A DNA stretch of 64,000 nt from contig CM041465.1 of NCBI GenBank assembly GCA_023213395.1, positions 228,043,741 to 228,107,740 on the forward strand, read 5' to 3'. The notes under the pieces are model-generated. The model was not told the DNA's origin and made no database searches. It saw nothing but the letters and a program-made list of their open reading frames with translations. This DNA is from Cycas panzhihuaensis. Its lineage: Eukaryota > Plantae > Cycadophyta. Below, one piece after another: positions 1 through 14,934 of the stretch (positions are counted from its first letter, which is position 1; each line of letters starts with the position of its first letter). A program made the translations under genes and the position numbers.

Positions 1-3000
1 CTTTATGAAGACTTGTCTAAAGCTTGATTTGGGGCCATGTGTTAGAGAAATTAGAGACTTGGAGTTGAATCTACTTCTCGTCATCCTCTTTTTCTCTTGT
101 GGCTTCCTTTTCTTTCATATCCCTCCTCCTTCTTCAAGTGTCATTCTCTACTCTTATTCCTCTCTCTCATCTCTTGCTCCTCTTGCTTCCTACAACTAAT
201 TTGGAGCTTTGATTTGGAGGGTTTAGAAAATCAAGCCACTAGTTTGAGGCACAACTCTATATTTTCCTCAAGAAAGTGCTTCTTTATTGCTAAGTTCATG
301 GATTTCATTTCAAGTTTATTTTAAGACTATTTCTTTCTCTTTGTTAATGAAAAGCTAGGTTATGGTTTTAGTTAATTCCACAACATAGATTAGTTCCTTT
401 TTATAATTATCTTTATTTCTTTTAAGAGAGTCTTCATTTTCTTTGAGTCCTTATTCTAGAGTGGGGAACTCCTAAGTCCTTAAGTTCCTACTCATAACCT
501 AGAAAAATCCCCATACATCTAGCCTTTTTGCTAAGGAGTTCTCTAGGGAGGTGAGTGATTTAACTTGGGAGCACAAGTTTTGATGGCTTAAACCCTCTTT
601 CCATAGAGTTATAAGCTTCCTTTTTCCCCCCTTTCTTTAGTATCCCATAGCCCTTTAGGTGTAACTGAAATGTTGTTGAGGTTTTGAGAGCATACTCATT
701 GTTAAAAGGATGTTTCTAGCATGATCTTTTAATTGTTTGGCTTCTAATGTCTATTATAGCTAGCATAATTATCTCTTTCAAATTAGAGGCTTGAATGGAA
801 AGTGAAGATTTTGTTTAAAGATTCTTTACACCAAATATTTGTTAGGTTGGTCCATCTTCACTTTTTATTTTCCTTTTTTAATTTTCCTCTCTCGTTTATT
901 AAAGAAATATAATTTTTAAAAAAGGGGAAAAGGTAAAAGATAACTAGGAAGGGCATTCCTTAAGTGATCATTGTTATGTTGGATTGCTTAGTCGAGTGTT
1001 TATTTAAAAACATTATCCTACTTTCTTTTTCTCAAGAAAAAGTGGGGGAATAGAAGTAACTAGGATAAATATAAGAGTATTCAAAGGGCCCCTATTCTTT
1101 TTACTCTCTATAGATGTGTTGAATACCAATTCTATCACCCTTTCTCTTTTAAAAATATAAAAAAACAATAAAAAAGGAAAGGAAATGCATGTACAAATCA
1201 TTTAAATTAATTAGAATCATATTGAAATAAGCTAGTATTAGGATGTAATATTAAATTCATATGTTTGAGGCACTCTTAATAGGTGGGCAACATTAAGAGT
1301 CATGTTATTGGTTGATAGGTTATTATATAGGCTCACTATTATAACTGGCTTATAAAGAGATCATTATTACTATATATGTACTTATCATTAATGCAAACCC
1401 CTTAAGGGATATATATTCATCTATTGGAAGTTTGATGGTACCTATTTCTTCCTTTGAAGCTTGTATAAAGTAGCTAGGTCTAAACAACCTTAATTGGTAT
1501 CTGCCCCCAATAATTGGCCACTGGAGTAGACATTATCCATGGACCAACTACTTCATTTCTACTTTAGCTAATCTGCTATTTTTTTTGTTTAATGTTTAAG
1601 ATCATGATAAAGATGTTTTTTGTACTACTTATTTTCTTTTAGCTACTTATTTATTGATTGGTTATAGTTGGTTTGTTTATTTGCTTTAGGTATTAATTAG
1701 CCTTTTCTCCTTTTACACTTCTAGTTGATTCATGCATGCACACCATCAATCCCTTTTAAGGGAGACTATTCATGAGTTCTCCTAAATTATCTAGGGCACT
1801 TTCTAAAGCCCTTTTCGATGGAAGAACATTCGTAGTGACTATGTTAGAGACTATCATATCTACTTGACCATTTCATCATAGAATTTCTCTAAGTACTACC
1901 ATTGTGCTACTAGAATTTCTAAGATTTTTAGAGTCAAGACACTTTCTATTTTACTTCTAGGTCTATTCCATCCTTTTATCTTAGAATTTCTCTAACATGT
2001 AGTCATTATGTTGCTAAAATTTTTAGGACTTTTAATTAGTTAGTTACCACCTTTTTATGACCATATATACCTCATGACAACATGCAAGTTGTTCCGAGAG
2101 ATAATAGCATCTCTTACTAGATGGGACCTTATCCCTTTCCTTTGTATAGTTTTTTAGCATTCTTAAGCCTCATGATGATGTTAATTCAAATCCTAGGATG
2201 ACTTCACCTTTCTTCCGAGATCTAACTTAGCATCCTTACCATTCCATTATTAGATCAATGATCTAGTGAGTAAACATATCTACCTTCTCTCTTGAGGAAG
2301 AAGACCCTCTTCTAGATTATATTAAGGATGCACTGAGCATCAAGAAACTTGCTTCCCATGATCTCCTCTTCAAATAGCTTAAATATAATTCCTTATTGAA
2401 TCAAGGGCCTTATGGGTTTTCCCCACAACACAACATTCCTATCTGTAGTTGATTCCTTTATAAGCAGTGCATCAATATATAACTCACACTAAGGCCACTT
2501 CCCAAAGTCCTATGTAGGGCCTCACTAAGGGCATTCCTCAATATGTCAAAGTCCCATCAAATGGAATCTAATAAGTCATGCCAGGACTTTCTAGGTAGAT
2601 ACCATGATTGACCCAAATACTATTCCTTTCTCTAAAGGGACACATGTTAGTCCTTCATATTAGTATAATCCCAAACTTCATATAATAGGATTATTAGCTT
2701 ATTCAATGCCTACCACTAATTTGCTCATCATGCATATTCATGTGGGTCACTAATAGCAGAAATCCCTACTATAGTTTTACTCCTATCAAGACCATATCAC
2801 TTCCCTATTAGACTAGGCCCCAACTACCACAACATTATCTGACTAGACCTAATCTAGCTAGATACCTAACTCAAACACTTAGTTGGAGCACCCAACCTTA
2901 GATGAGTAGCTTGATTTTACCTTAGTAGTATCCACCCTAGTCTTATAACCCAATTCACATGCTTAATCAAGCTTAGAATTATAACAAAGATGAAATACTT

Positions 3001-4968
3001 AGTCCCATTATAAAGCCTACATTCCAACCAATTGGTGTCACTCCTTTCCAAAGAGTAAATCTTGCATACTAGGTTGCTTAACCATACTAATGGGTTGCAC
3101 AAGCTCAATTACCTCCACCTTAATAAAGTTTAACTTAGAGATGCATTATTGTAGCTTATATAATTCCTCCCTTAGCTAGAAGGAAATCATTTATGGATTA
3201 TAAGAGGAACCCATTTCCCACAAATCCTTATTATATACTCTTCCCTAAAACATATATTTTCTTGAGCTTCTAAAGTTTAATAGAGAACCTAGGCAAGATC
3301 TCATAAGGCATGTATACTCTTTCATTTTAGCCTATATAGACTATTCATCTTATGATCCTATGATGATGAGGTTTTTCAAAAAGATGTTATAGGGTGATGT
3401 ACTAAAGTGTTTTTACATATTACCTAATGCTTTAGTCTTCTTATTTCAACAACTAGTTGATAGCTTTATCTACTACTTTAATGTGGCTTGTTATTTTAAG
3501 ACAGGAGCAAAATCCCTTTCCTCTACTAAGCAGGAGAGTGAAGAGTTTGGTTGTGGCTTCATATGACACTTTTGAGATTTGGTCCATACATGCCAATGTC
3601 CTTTAATTAATACTCTACTCTTTGATCCCTTCACTAATGCCCTTAGGCCCTAAGTGCACTTTGAGGTACTTAAGTTGGGGCTCGTGGGCCCATGACATAT
3701 GATGGCATAATTAAAAAATGTATAACCTTGGAATTTTATGAGATTCAAGCAAGAGTTAAGAAATTAGACAAACCATCCCTTTCCACTAATAAATAGAATG
3801 TGACCCAAGAATAACTTAAATCTACTCAATGAGATAGGGTGTATGACAGTCTCACTTCTATAGTGAGGGCATATAAGAGGTCCATTAATATCAAACTAAA
3901 TGTTGCCTCCTTCAATAACACCAAACCTAGAAAGGATGCAAAGGTCATTAACTTTGTTAAGTAAAAGAAAGACTTACAACTTAAAGCATAAGCACCTAAT
4001 TAGACTCCACAATGCTTATATCACTAAACTAACATCTAGGAATGAGATAATTACTTTAAGATTAAAGAGAACCTCAAAAGACATAAGAAGAATATACAAA
4101 ACATAACCTCTTATCCTAATAAATATTAGTTAATCCATAAGGATCCCTTTTTGAACATGACCAAAAATCTAAATTTCATGAAACCCTAAAGTTGATGAGG
4201 AATCCAATGATTCTAACATTGAAATGAAGAAGAAGCCTTCTTCCCCCAAATATGATTTTAAAACAAGATTAGCTTGGTGAAAATTTGCATCCCAAGGATA
4301 GTGACCTAAGAAAAACCATCAATATAGTTAAGGCTACCAAGACATTTATTGTTTTTAATTTTGAGAAGGGCTCATATTTGAAACCCTTAGATCTTCTTGT
4401 TAAGCCAATCTAATCCAACTTTAAGAGGCCTATTCTATAAACCATAAAAGGGAAATCCTTCTCAATTGTAGAGGAAATTATATCATTATCTACTAGAATT
4501 TTTACCTTAAACCTTATGAAGAGTTGCCTCCAATAAAAGTTCTTATTAGAAACCCTAGGTGTCAAAACTGCTAACTCGATGTGATCGATTCTCTCATTTA
4601 ATCCTCTGAAGCTTGAGGATGGAAATGGAGGAATCACAATGTCATCTCACTCTTTTACATCCTTATCAAATCATATGACTATTATTTCTAAATCTATATT
4701 GTGGACTTAGGGTCCTCAACTAATTTTATTCCCTTAAGGCTCTTTAAAGACTTGTAGATTTCGGTATATGATCTAGTTGACTAGGTTTGATAGGGTTATG
4801 ATAAAACCTAGAAGGCACCTAAGGGCAAGGTTACCATTCCCTTGAATTTATTTAATTTTTTTTATTTATATTTTACATGCATGATTTAATAAACATTAAT
4901 AATAAAAGTGCAAAAAAATAAAAATCCCCTATTTTGATTTATTTTCCAAAAAAATACAAATATGAATG
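1..4968 (+). mobile_element. Truncated, very degenerate Ty3/Gypsy (Tat/Ogre-like) remnant: probable 5' LTR tail, PBS, gag and protease; no RT follows
   Basis: Gag-like text ~3240-3760 (..KFNREPRQDLIRHVYSF..). Protease motif IVDLGSSTNFIPL..GYDKT*KAPKGKVTIPL at ~4690-4845, similar to the protease of the next element. A PBS-like TAGTGACTATGTTAGAGAC (1833-1851) follows ...AACA (1828) and resembles a transition-eroded tRNA-Arg type PBS. Confidence 0.6.
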
Positions 4969-7947
4969 TGTTTCCTAGCCACGGGGAATGGATTAGGATG
5001 CCATCACACTAGTAAGTTCAAGTATATATTATATCCTTCACTCTTTATTACTTTCTTCATAGTCATTGTTTTGTATGTTGTTTGTATAGTTGCCTTTGTG
5101 CTTCACTGACTTGCTTGATTAGCTTGCCTATTCACATTCTTGCCTATGACAACCAAGACTCTAATCCAATGATATTATTGAGCTTCCATGGTTAATCCCC
5201 TCTTGGTAATAAGTCCCTCACGTGCCTCTGTAGCCCAGTTTGGGTGATTACCAACTCGTTTTATGCTCTCTTGTAACATCTTCTCCTCTTTTAGTATGCC
5301 TCGCCTATCTCCTTGGCCCACCAAGGATAGTTTATTGAGGTCTCAGGGGAAAAGATGCCCCTCATTACTCACTTTGTGTGAAGTTTGTTTATGAATTTCA
5401 CTAATATTGATGGTTTGGTTTATTATTTATACCTCAAGACCCTTAATTGCCATCATTTTAATGAGTTCCTCCTCACTCTGTGCATTTCTCATGTGTTTCC
5501 ATTGGTTTTTTATTCGTAGCACAACCTAAAACTGTTCTATAGGACCTTAGGAAGAAATTTTGAGCTCCAATAATAAACCCCTCCCTTTATTTTAGTGTTT
5601 TTTATCAAGTTTTATCAATTCTGATAAAAAATGATCATTTTGTTATTGCCCTACTCCTTTTTTTGTCAGCCACTCTAATTGTTATGCATCGCTAATATGT
5701 TAGCGGTACCACTAATATATTAGCAATGCTACAAACAAATTCGTAGTGCGACTATTATGAGTTTAAACACGACTAAAAATAACTAAATCTGCATTTAATA
5801 TAGGACTAACACTAGATTCAGCCTCAGGACCAACCCAGATCAGGTCCTAATGGTCCTGAGACCTCCCCCAAACCTTAAAAAATTGAATTCAACTCACTTG
5901 GTCTCTTCTTCTTCTCCTTTAATGGATTTTTCACAAAAAACTTAATATTTCTCTCAAAAAACCCTCATCTCTTACAAATCTACTTACAGTTCATGCACCA
6001 AATAGATTTTAATGAAGGAAAGCAAAAGGAATCAATCCCTACAACAACATTAGATTAGCTACAAGCCATTAAGCTTCAAAGAAAAGCTGGTGTTCTTCTC
6101 CGAAACAAAAATCCTTCTCCAAAAATTCTTGATTTTCAAGCTAGAACTTTCATTTATAATAATTCTTCCCTTCCCTAACAAGGTAAGCCATGTTGCTATA
6201 TTTTTCTTAATAATTTTTAGATTTAGATGCTCCTTTTAGTGACCATTAGGAATAGATCTAATTCACATATTAGACGTAACCCCTATACCTATCATAAAAC
6301 CTCTAGTTTCATCCTCCAAACCATTAGTTGTTGATAAAGAGAGGGAAAAAGTGGCAAGAGGATATTATAGGAAGAGCATTGGGCTCGAGTTCTGGTTCTA
6401 AGAGCCCCCTTCTACTAGGGTAATCCCCTCCTCAATGCTAACTAACATCCCTCCTCTCCACGCCTTAACTAGTGTGATACTTGGATACGAAACTTGTAGC
6501 TTCTTTACTTAGTGATCCATCACCCTATTTTAAAGCTTCTTATTCCTAAGAGATTACCATCTGGTTGTGAGATCCTATTTGCTATTTGGGGGAAACCTAG
6601 ATTGTAGGGGAGCTCACCATTCTAAAGTAACACTCCCACCCCTTCTTACCCTTTATTTCTCTTACGTATTGCATGTTGTATATTATAATAGGCATCAAAA
6701 TATTGTTTACAATTTTACCTTATTGTTACACAACTAAATGATGTCTTAAACAACTTTCATCAACAAGTTGGTAAGTATATATATGAATATTTGTTGTTCA
6801 TAGAAGTCTTTCATTATGTGATTCAGGTGGAGGTAGATCCATCTGCAAACTAAGCAATTTCTGCCAAAAGGTGACATTGTCTCTTATTTTGGTTTATGTC
6901 ACATTTCGTTTCTACTATCTTCCTTTTGTCCCATTCATTCAAACTCAGGAAAGGTAAGGGAGCCCCAATAAAACTCCATCATCAACATTACAACAACAAG
7001 AGGAGCAAAGTTGTTGACGAAGAGGGTGTATGGAGAAAGAGTTGCACTGATTTATTAGCCATCATGTATCTAGGTGCACTACATTCAACCCTTCTTCCCT
7101 TCACTCCTTTTCCCCCCTCTTACTCCTGAAAGGAAATAAATAAAAAGGAAAAGTTATTTTAATTTTGTTTCTTTTGCACATTTGCATATTGCATGAGAAT
7201 AAAGGCATAACATAAACTAAACACCCCTTCCTCCTCTTCTCTTACATTAGGAGTAAAGTTTTGCATGTTTCCTTTTTCCCTTTGACCCTATACATTACGT
7301 ATTGAAAAGATAAAGGAAAAGTGTACTTGATTCCTTCTTTGCACTAATAGGAAATATCATTATGTCTCTCTTATTAGTTGCATTGAAAAAAGAACTAGTT
7401 GCATATAAATGGTCATTGCATTTTTTCTCTCTTATTTCATCCCCTTAAATAATCTTTTGAGAGAAAAGGAATTAAGAGCGAGGGAGAGTAGTTAGTTTAA
7501 TTTGTTGTTATCTTTTATTTGAAACATAAACATTGCAATAATCAAACACTACTATAATCATTGATTAGAAACAAGCTTACCTACAACAAACAAACAAGCA
7601 CTAATCTACCTCTCTCCCTCTACTTGGCTTAGAAGGAAAGTTTAAAACCTAGTTGCAACTAAACGATTGCAACATCTCCTCACTCCATACACCCTTCTAC
7701 CTTATGTCTAGGAGAGCCCTACCATGGATACTCAGCAACCTGAGGACACCCTTCTTACTCTCTTCATCTTACATCGAGGAGACCCTTGGAAAAGAGGTAG
7801 CTTATACACGGTTGCAGTGCCTCGAACCTAGGTTCTGATATGCAGACATACTTTAAGGGTATTTTGACCACTTTCCTCTCTCATGTTCATAGCCTCCATA
7901 GTTAGTAGGGTAATTAAGACCTAGTAACCCGAAAAGGTGTGCTTCCA
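4969..7947 (+). repeat. 5' LTR of the Tat element (2979 bp)
   Basis: TG...CA termini. Colinear with 19674-22750 (8 mismatches in the first 60 nt, 7 of them transitions). Confidence 0.93.
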
Positions 7948-7948
7948 C

Positions 7949-7967
7949 TGGTGACCATATTGGGGAC
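7949..7967 (+). promoter_or_regulatory. Primer binding site, tRNA-Arg type (degenerate)
   Basis: TGGTGACCATATTGGGGAC 1 nt after the LTR end; resembles TGGCGAC..ACTGGGGA, the tRNA-Arg PBS typical of Tat/Ogre elements. Confidence 0.75.
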
Positions 7968-8107
7968 CCGTAAGTAAGGGAAAACCATAATCCCCCTTAT
8001 GTTAGCATTAGCCTCTCTCTTTTCCCTCCATACCTCCTAGATTCATTGGGCCGCCCAGCACCTTCATCATTTTGTCTGTCCTTGTTTCTTCTGTGACTTT
8101 TAGGTGA

Positions 8108-11100
8108 GATGTGAATACAATATTTCTCTCCTCTCTTATGAGGTCTTCCCCCATCTCAGAAGAGCCTTTGTATTCCTCCATCCCCTCATTTTATTCTGAT
8201 TTGGTAATGGAGGGATACCTATCAAAGTAGGCATACCATGCCTACATCTTTGAAACCCAAGATCAAACCTCAAGTTCCCTCCAAGATCCTGCCCAAGAAG
8301 GTGACGATCCTATTTTCTATCTGGGTGACTAAGAGAATTATGATTTTCGCTCATTCCCTATGCACAACATAGGTGTGTCTATCTCTATGGAATACTATCA
8401 CGCTAGTGAGAGTTCCTATGAGGATTGACCTATAGGTCCCACATCACACACCTCGTATGAGTAAGTAGGAACCCCTCTTATGGATGTAGTAGAGGCATTA
8501 CGATAGTGCTTTGAATCTGCAAGTGCCCAACCACCTTTGAAGTGGCTAGATGGCATCCTTCGTCATACGATACCATCCTCTTCTACACCTACACCTACCA
8601 TTTTATCTCAACCACCTTTTGTGGCCTGAATAGGATATGCTCCTATCATTTCCTCCTCCTCATATATCCCTCATGTCCAAGGGGTCCTCCAGGTCATAGT
8701 CACATCCCAAATTGGGTTGAGTATGCCTCTTCCAAACTAGGTGACCACACCTCAACCTACCATGGTCCATGATCCTTTCATGCGACCTAGGGGACCCCCA
8801 CGTCCCCAATCCTTAGGCCATGTAGGACCTATTTCTGTGTGTCCTCATCCATAATCAATGGATCCTTCCCTTTACGTGCCTATAGGGTGTACATCCCAAC
8901 CTTAAGGGCATGGAAAGGAAAACCCTCTTTCAGTTTATAGGGTAGATTCGCTACACCCTTATGGAGTCTCATGTCCTATAGGTGGCCCATATGGGTAAAA
9001 CCCCATACCTTATCTACTTTCCTTGTTTTTATTTTTGACCTCATACACAATACCTTCCCAAGGAGGATTTGTCCCTCCACAAGACCCTTACTCTCATGTG
9101 CTCTCCCAACAAGGGGCATACCCTTAAGGTGGAGTGGGCATGTCTCACCTACCTTCCTCCTATCTAAGCTTCTCTTAAATGAGAACAACTCCTTCTTACC
9201 AAGCAGGTGGGAATCTATATCCCTCATATGCTTAAACCCCTCGAGGAGGAACTGGGTATCTATATCCACCTCCTTCCATGCCTCTGGTTGACCCTCTAGC
9301 TCAATCGAGGGTTCGTCCTTTGGTTGACTATAGGTCAACCCTCTAATCCATCAAGGCATTTAGGATTAACCTACCACCTCACCCTCCCAAGGTACCCAAA
9401 TTTGACGGTACCTCATTGCAAGACCTAACCAAACATAGCAGGAGTTTCTCCATGGCATGCATCGATTATTGAAGAGGGATATTTTCTCGTTCTTTACAAA
9501 TCATTTTATTGTCTCCCTACCCATTCAATCCACTCCTTTTAGTAACTTGTACATGAGTTTGTCAACTACTTTGGCATAGCTCTCCCCTTTGAGAGTAAGA
9601 TCAAAGCCCTACTCTCCCTTAAGCAAGGTCATGATGAAATGAATCATGATCTTATGAGGCATTTTCATGGCCTCCTCCATTTCGTAAAAGCCATGTTGCC
9701 TGAGGAATTGAAGAGGGATATTTTCATAAACACCTTCCATCTTGAAGTCCACATCAAAGCCCTCAAAATAGGGGCAATGACATGTGAGTCTGCCATAGCG
9801 AAATACTTGATGCTTGAGGCTATTAAGATCTAGGTGGGTCTCAAGAAGCCTCTTAGATCATCATAACGATGCGAGGCACCCCCTCCATCACATGACCAAT
9901 GACCTTAACAACCCCCAAGGCCCCCTACCCACACAACGGAGAGGACCTTAGATCCCTTAACTTCGGCTATATGATCATTTAAATGAATGATAAAGGAGTT
10001 AAAGCTCCAGCCCTCATAGTCACCTTTAGATTCTCGTAGGCCTATTCATCAAGCTTCTTAAGCCATGCTGCCTAAAGGTGAAAATGCCCAAACCTCCCAA
10101 GCAAGGAGGACAAAACCCTCCTCTAAGAAGAAATGGTGCTCTATCCACGACAAGTGCCTTCATGAAGATTTGCAATATTGGGTGAAACACCCCGAGCTTG
10201 CCTTGTAACATGATTCTTCTTCTAAATAGGCATCTAGGCCTAACCTAGACCAAGTTGTTCATTATGATCCCTTCCTTAAACATAGGGAATAGGATTAATC
10301 CACTCAAGATAGAGGAGCAAGAAATAGGAAATGATCCCTTAACCCTACTTTTAAGCAAATGAAGAGGAAGGGGGTAAGAGATTTATCTTCCACTCTTGGT
10401 TCTCATCCCTAATCTTCCTCATCCTCTCAACCCTAAAACAAAGGGAAGAGAATTATTTAAGTGCTTGATACTACCCCTTTGTGCCCAATCATAAGGTCTC
10501 AATCAACTAAGGAGGCCATCAGGGCCTCCACTTCCTAATAAAACCTTCTTGTAGATAATTCACCCTCTAAGATCCTCATGATCCCTAAGACCATTCACAT
10601 TCACCCTGGCCACTATGACTTTTGAAGGGAGCTTCCCTAACCTACTAGAAAGTGGAAGTCCTTCTCTATAGTCGATGAGCTCCATATCGTGGCTAGAAGA
10701 ATGACCATCATGGATGTCTTGTAGAGTTGCCTTAAGCAATATACCTTTCTTTTTAAATCTTTTGGTTAAACCGATGCTCTTATCTATGCTTTGGGTGTTA
10801 CCCTAAATCGTGAGCCCCTTATTGCTTTTGACCTTAAAGATCTTCCATCCGCAAGTGAGAGGGAGAGCCAATGGTATTACCCCTTCACCATTTCCATCGA
10901 CACTCTTGAGTGTACCCTTAAAAGGATGATTGTAGATAATAGTTCTTCTATTAATGCTATGCCCTTATGCGTAATGCAAGATTTGGGTATAACAACCCTT
11001 GAACTAATCCCATGGCAATGTCAACACTATGACGGTAGCAAGAAGATGCCCTTAGGATAAGTTTCCATCCCTCTTACCCTTGAGGACAAAACCATCCTCA

Positions 11101-14100
11101 CTAATATAGTAGTCCTTAATGTTGACGTGGATTACAACCTTTTACTAGGGTACCCATGGTTGGATCAAATAGAAGCCATGTACTCATCCCACTAGGGGTA
11201 ACTCAAATTTATCTATGAAGGGCAAATAAAAGTTATCTTCTAGGAACTGCCTCTTATTTGATCATCTCATCAACTATATCAAGCGGCTTGTGAGCTAGCT
11301 GAGGGCAATAAGGATCTATCTGCCCACTCCACCACCTGTTAGATTAATATCCCTAGCATTCTTAAAGTAGAGGAAGAACCTCTTCCTTTCTCCTCAAACC
11401 TAATTTATTTTATCCTCATTAATGTCAAAAGTTATGGTACCTTACCGTCATGAGTGACCACAAGTCTGATAATGAGTGTGAGGAACCTCCTTATCCTATA
11501 TATCTCCTCAATATTTGTAGGGGGCATTCTCTCATCTTCTTTCCAGTCTGGAGCCCCAGCTTAGGACTCCTCTAGTGGATTGTGACACTCCTAAGGCATC
11601 CTAGGAGCTAAGAACAATTGCTCTTATTGCATGTGTGAGCTCCTGCCCCACCTCATCTTCATCTGCCTCCCAAATTTTGTCATCCTTCATATATGACAAA
11701 GATGGGGAGTTTTCTTTTCTATATGATGACTCTATAGCTTGCGACCCAAGTCCCAGCTGACTTCCCCTCCATATAATAAGACACAACGACATAGGAGGAT
11801 ACCCTCTAACTCCTCTGAGGAGTCTTTTGATTATTTAGAATGGTGTATCAATTGTTATAGACCTATCGTTCCTCCTTCACCTCATCCCTCATTCTCGTTA
11901 AGCAAGACTATCCATAGGATAGATTACTTTGAGAACAACGAGGCCCTATTAGAGCATTTAGCAAGCTCTATACCCAACCTCCCTTCCAAACACTGTAGGT
12001 TTGGTTTCCAGAAATGTTTAGCTTTAGGGTCATCTCTAACTAATCTTAATCAGCCTGACACTCCTCTACTCCCTTCCATTGGCCAAGCTCCCCTTCACTT
12101 TGAGGAGGGGAACACCATGTATGTAGGGGAAACTAAGGATATCATCCTTGCCCCTAGTAAAGTCATCAAGGTTGGAGTAGAGTGTACCCATGGAGAAATA
12201 AAGGATTATACCTGCTCATTTCAAGAGTTTTATGACATCTTCATGTAGGACTATTCAGACATGAAGGGAATAGACCCCTCTATTATCACCCATAACCTTA
12301 CCACCATCCCTGATGCCCACCCTGTACGATAAAAGTAACACCCTCTTCATCTTAAACTCTCTATCCTTGTAAAGATAGAAGTGGAGAAGCTCCTAGGTGT
12401 GGGGCTAATTACTTCCATTGATTACCCTAAATGGGTATCTAATATCATTCCCATCACCAAGAAAAATAGGATGATTCAAATTTGTGTTGATTTCTGGGAC
12501 ATAAACAATGCATGTCCCAAGGATAACTTCCACTTACTGTTCATTAATCAAGTTATTAATCAAACAATAGGCTTTAAATTCATGTCCTTGATGGATGGCT
12601 TCTCTGGATATAACCAGATCCAAATATCTCCTAAATACCATCATAAGATGACTTTCACCACCCCATGGAGCATGTTTACATACAAGACAATACCCTTTGG
12701 ATTAAAAAATATAGGTGTCACTTATCAAAGGGTAATGCAATTTGTCTTCCATGACTTCATAAATAAAGCCCTTGGGGTTTTCATAGATGACATGATGGGC
12801 CTATCCTGCAAGAGGACTAATCACCCTGTGGACTTACATGCTATTTTCACGAGGTGCCACAAATACCATGTTACCTTGAACCTAATCAAATGCGTGTTCA
12901 CCATGATTGCCGATAAACTCTTAGGTTTCCTTATCTCTAAACAAGGGATCCAAATCAACCCCAACATGGTCAAAATTATCCTCAATATACCTCCTCCAAA
13001 AATGCAATAATAAATCAAGTCATTTTTAGGTAGGCTGGGCTTCTTAAGGTATTTCTTGGCAGATTTTGCCATAAATGCCAAGTCCCTTACTAACCTTTTG
13101 AAGAAGGGAGGCCCATTTGTATGGTCCTCTAAAGCCTAGGGGGTATTTCAAGAGCTTAAAAGAGCCCTAGCCTCTGCCCCTATTTTAACGCCCCCTCTCT
13201 TTGACTACCCATTCATCCTATATACCTCAGCCACCGATGAGTCCTTAGGAGCCATGTTGGTCTAAGAAGATGATTTTGGGACTGAGTGAGCCATATATTT
13301 CATCAACCATACATTTGTAGAAGCTGAGCTAAACTACACTCCTACCAAAAAGAAATACCTAGTCTTGGTCCACGTAGCTAAGAAGTATAGGAATTACCTT
13401 CTGGGTAATACCACCTACATGATCATCTAATCTGATCTGTTGAGGTACCTCTTAACTTGGTCCAACTTGACTGGGAGGACAAGCAAATGGGTCATCCTCC
13501 TCTAAGAATACAACCTTAAGATCGTCAACAGGAAATCTTAGAAGGGAATGGTGGTTGTCGAGCAACTAGCCAACACCCCCATTTTGAATCTCTTTAGCCT
13601 TCCAGTCAATGATCCATTACCTGATGAGCCTATCCTGGCCCTCCAGGACTCGTCTCCCCATCTACTAGTTGACAGTGAATGGTATGGGGACATTATACAA
13701 TATTTTACCTGACAACAATATCCTTCTAATGCCAGTGATAAAGTAAAGTTGCCCATTTGAGTTATTACCAAGCAATACTTCCTCATAGAGGAGGTATTGT
13801 ATAAGAGGTCCTTTGATGAAATTCTCCTCTGTTACATTAGTCTTGACTAAGTAAAATAAATCCTTCATGAGTGCCATAGTGGCATTTGTGAAGGATATTT
13901 TAAGGGCCAATCCATGGCCCCCATGGCCCAAAGGATCCTCTGCATGGGCTACTATTAGTTGTCCCTCTTTAAGGATGCCCACGCTTATGCACAGCATTGT
14001 CACAATTGCCAAGAGCACACCAATGTGATCCATTTGCTTTCCAAGGCCCTCCACCCTATTATATCCCCATGGCCTTTCTCCCAATGGGGATTAGACCTCA

Positions 14101-14934
14101 TTAGAGCCATCACTCTGCCCTCATCCTTATAATATAAATTTATCCTAACTATGACAGAATACTTTACTAATTGGGCTAAAGTTATTTTATTAACCTCTAC
14201 TACTGGCAAGACAAATATTACTTTCATTTACTAGCATATTATCTGCCAATTTGGAGATCCATATGTCCTAATCATAGATAATGGCACTCCTTTTTGGCAA
14301 TAAAGAGATGGACAAACTCTATGAGAAATTCAAGATATCTCATAAGACCTCGTCTCCCTACTACCCCCAGGCCAATGGCTAAATTAAGTCATTTAATAAG
14401 ACTCTTAGCAATATTTTGAAGAAGACAGCTACCCAATCCTAAAAGCATTGGCATCTTCAGCTTCATTTTACCCTATGGGCCTATCATACCTCTATTTATA
14501 CTATGATGGGGATGACCCAATTCTTCCTAATATATGGGATGGAAGCAGTTCTACCCCTAGAGGTTGAGATCCCCTCCTTAAGAGTTTTCCTCAAGGGTCT
14601 CATCAATGAGGAGTCATGCCACTAAGCTCGCCTCCTAGGCCTTGAAGCCCTTGATGAGAAATGCCTAACAATGTACCAAGCAAATCTCACTTCCAAGGCT
14701 AAGACATGAAGGATGTATAACAAATGTCTACATCCTTACCTTTTAAACCCTAAAGACCAAGTCCTCAAACTAGAGTACCTCCATGATCGACTATCCAAAT
14801 TTGGCCCTAAATGGATGGGCCCCTTCGTCATTCTCGAGAGCCTCAATAACGATGCGTATAGGATAGTGGCATTGGAACAACTTAAATTTGACAAAGCCAT
14901 AAACGACAAGTTCCTAAAGAAATTCTATGTGTGA
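8108..14934 (+). pseudogene. gag-pol polyprotein pseudogene (Pro-rich N-term, Gag, protease, RT, RNase H, integrase)
   Basis: Gag core PKVPKFDG at ~9390. Protease MIVDNSSSINAMP (ORF 10791). RT DGFSGYNQI, PFGLKN, VFIDDM (ORF 12381). RH ~13180-13520. Integrase HECHSG..CHNCQ, WPFSQWGLDLI, IIDNG, YPQANG, KFGPKWMGPF ending at 14934. Many stops. Start is approximate. Confidence 0.9.

Noticed and set aside
12821-14227. Minus-strand ORFs 12821, 13538, 13665, 14000
   Set aside because: Antisense shadows of RT/integrase.
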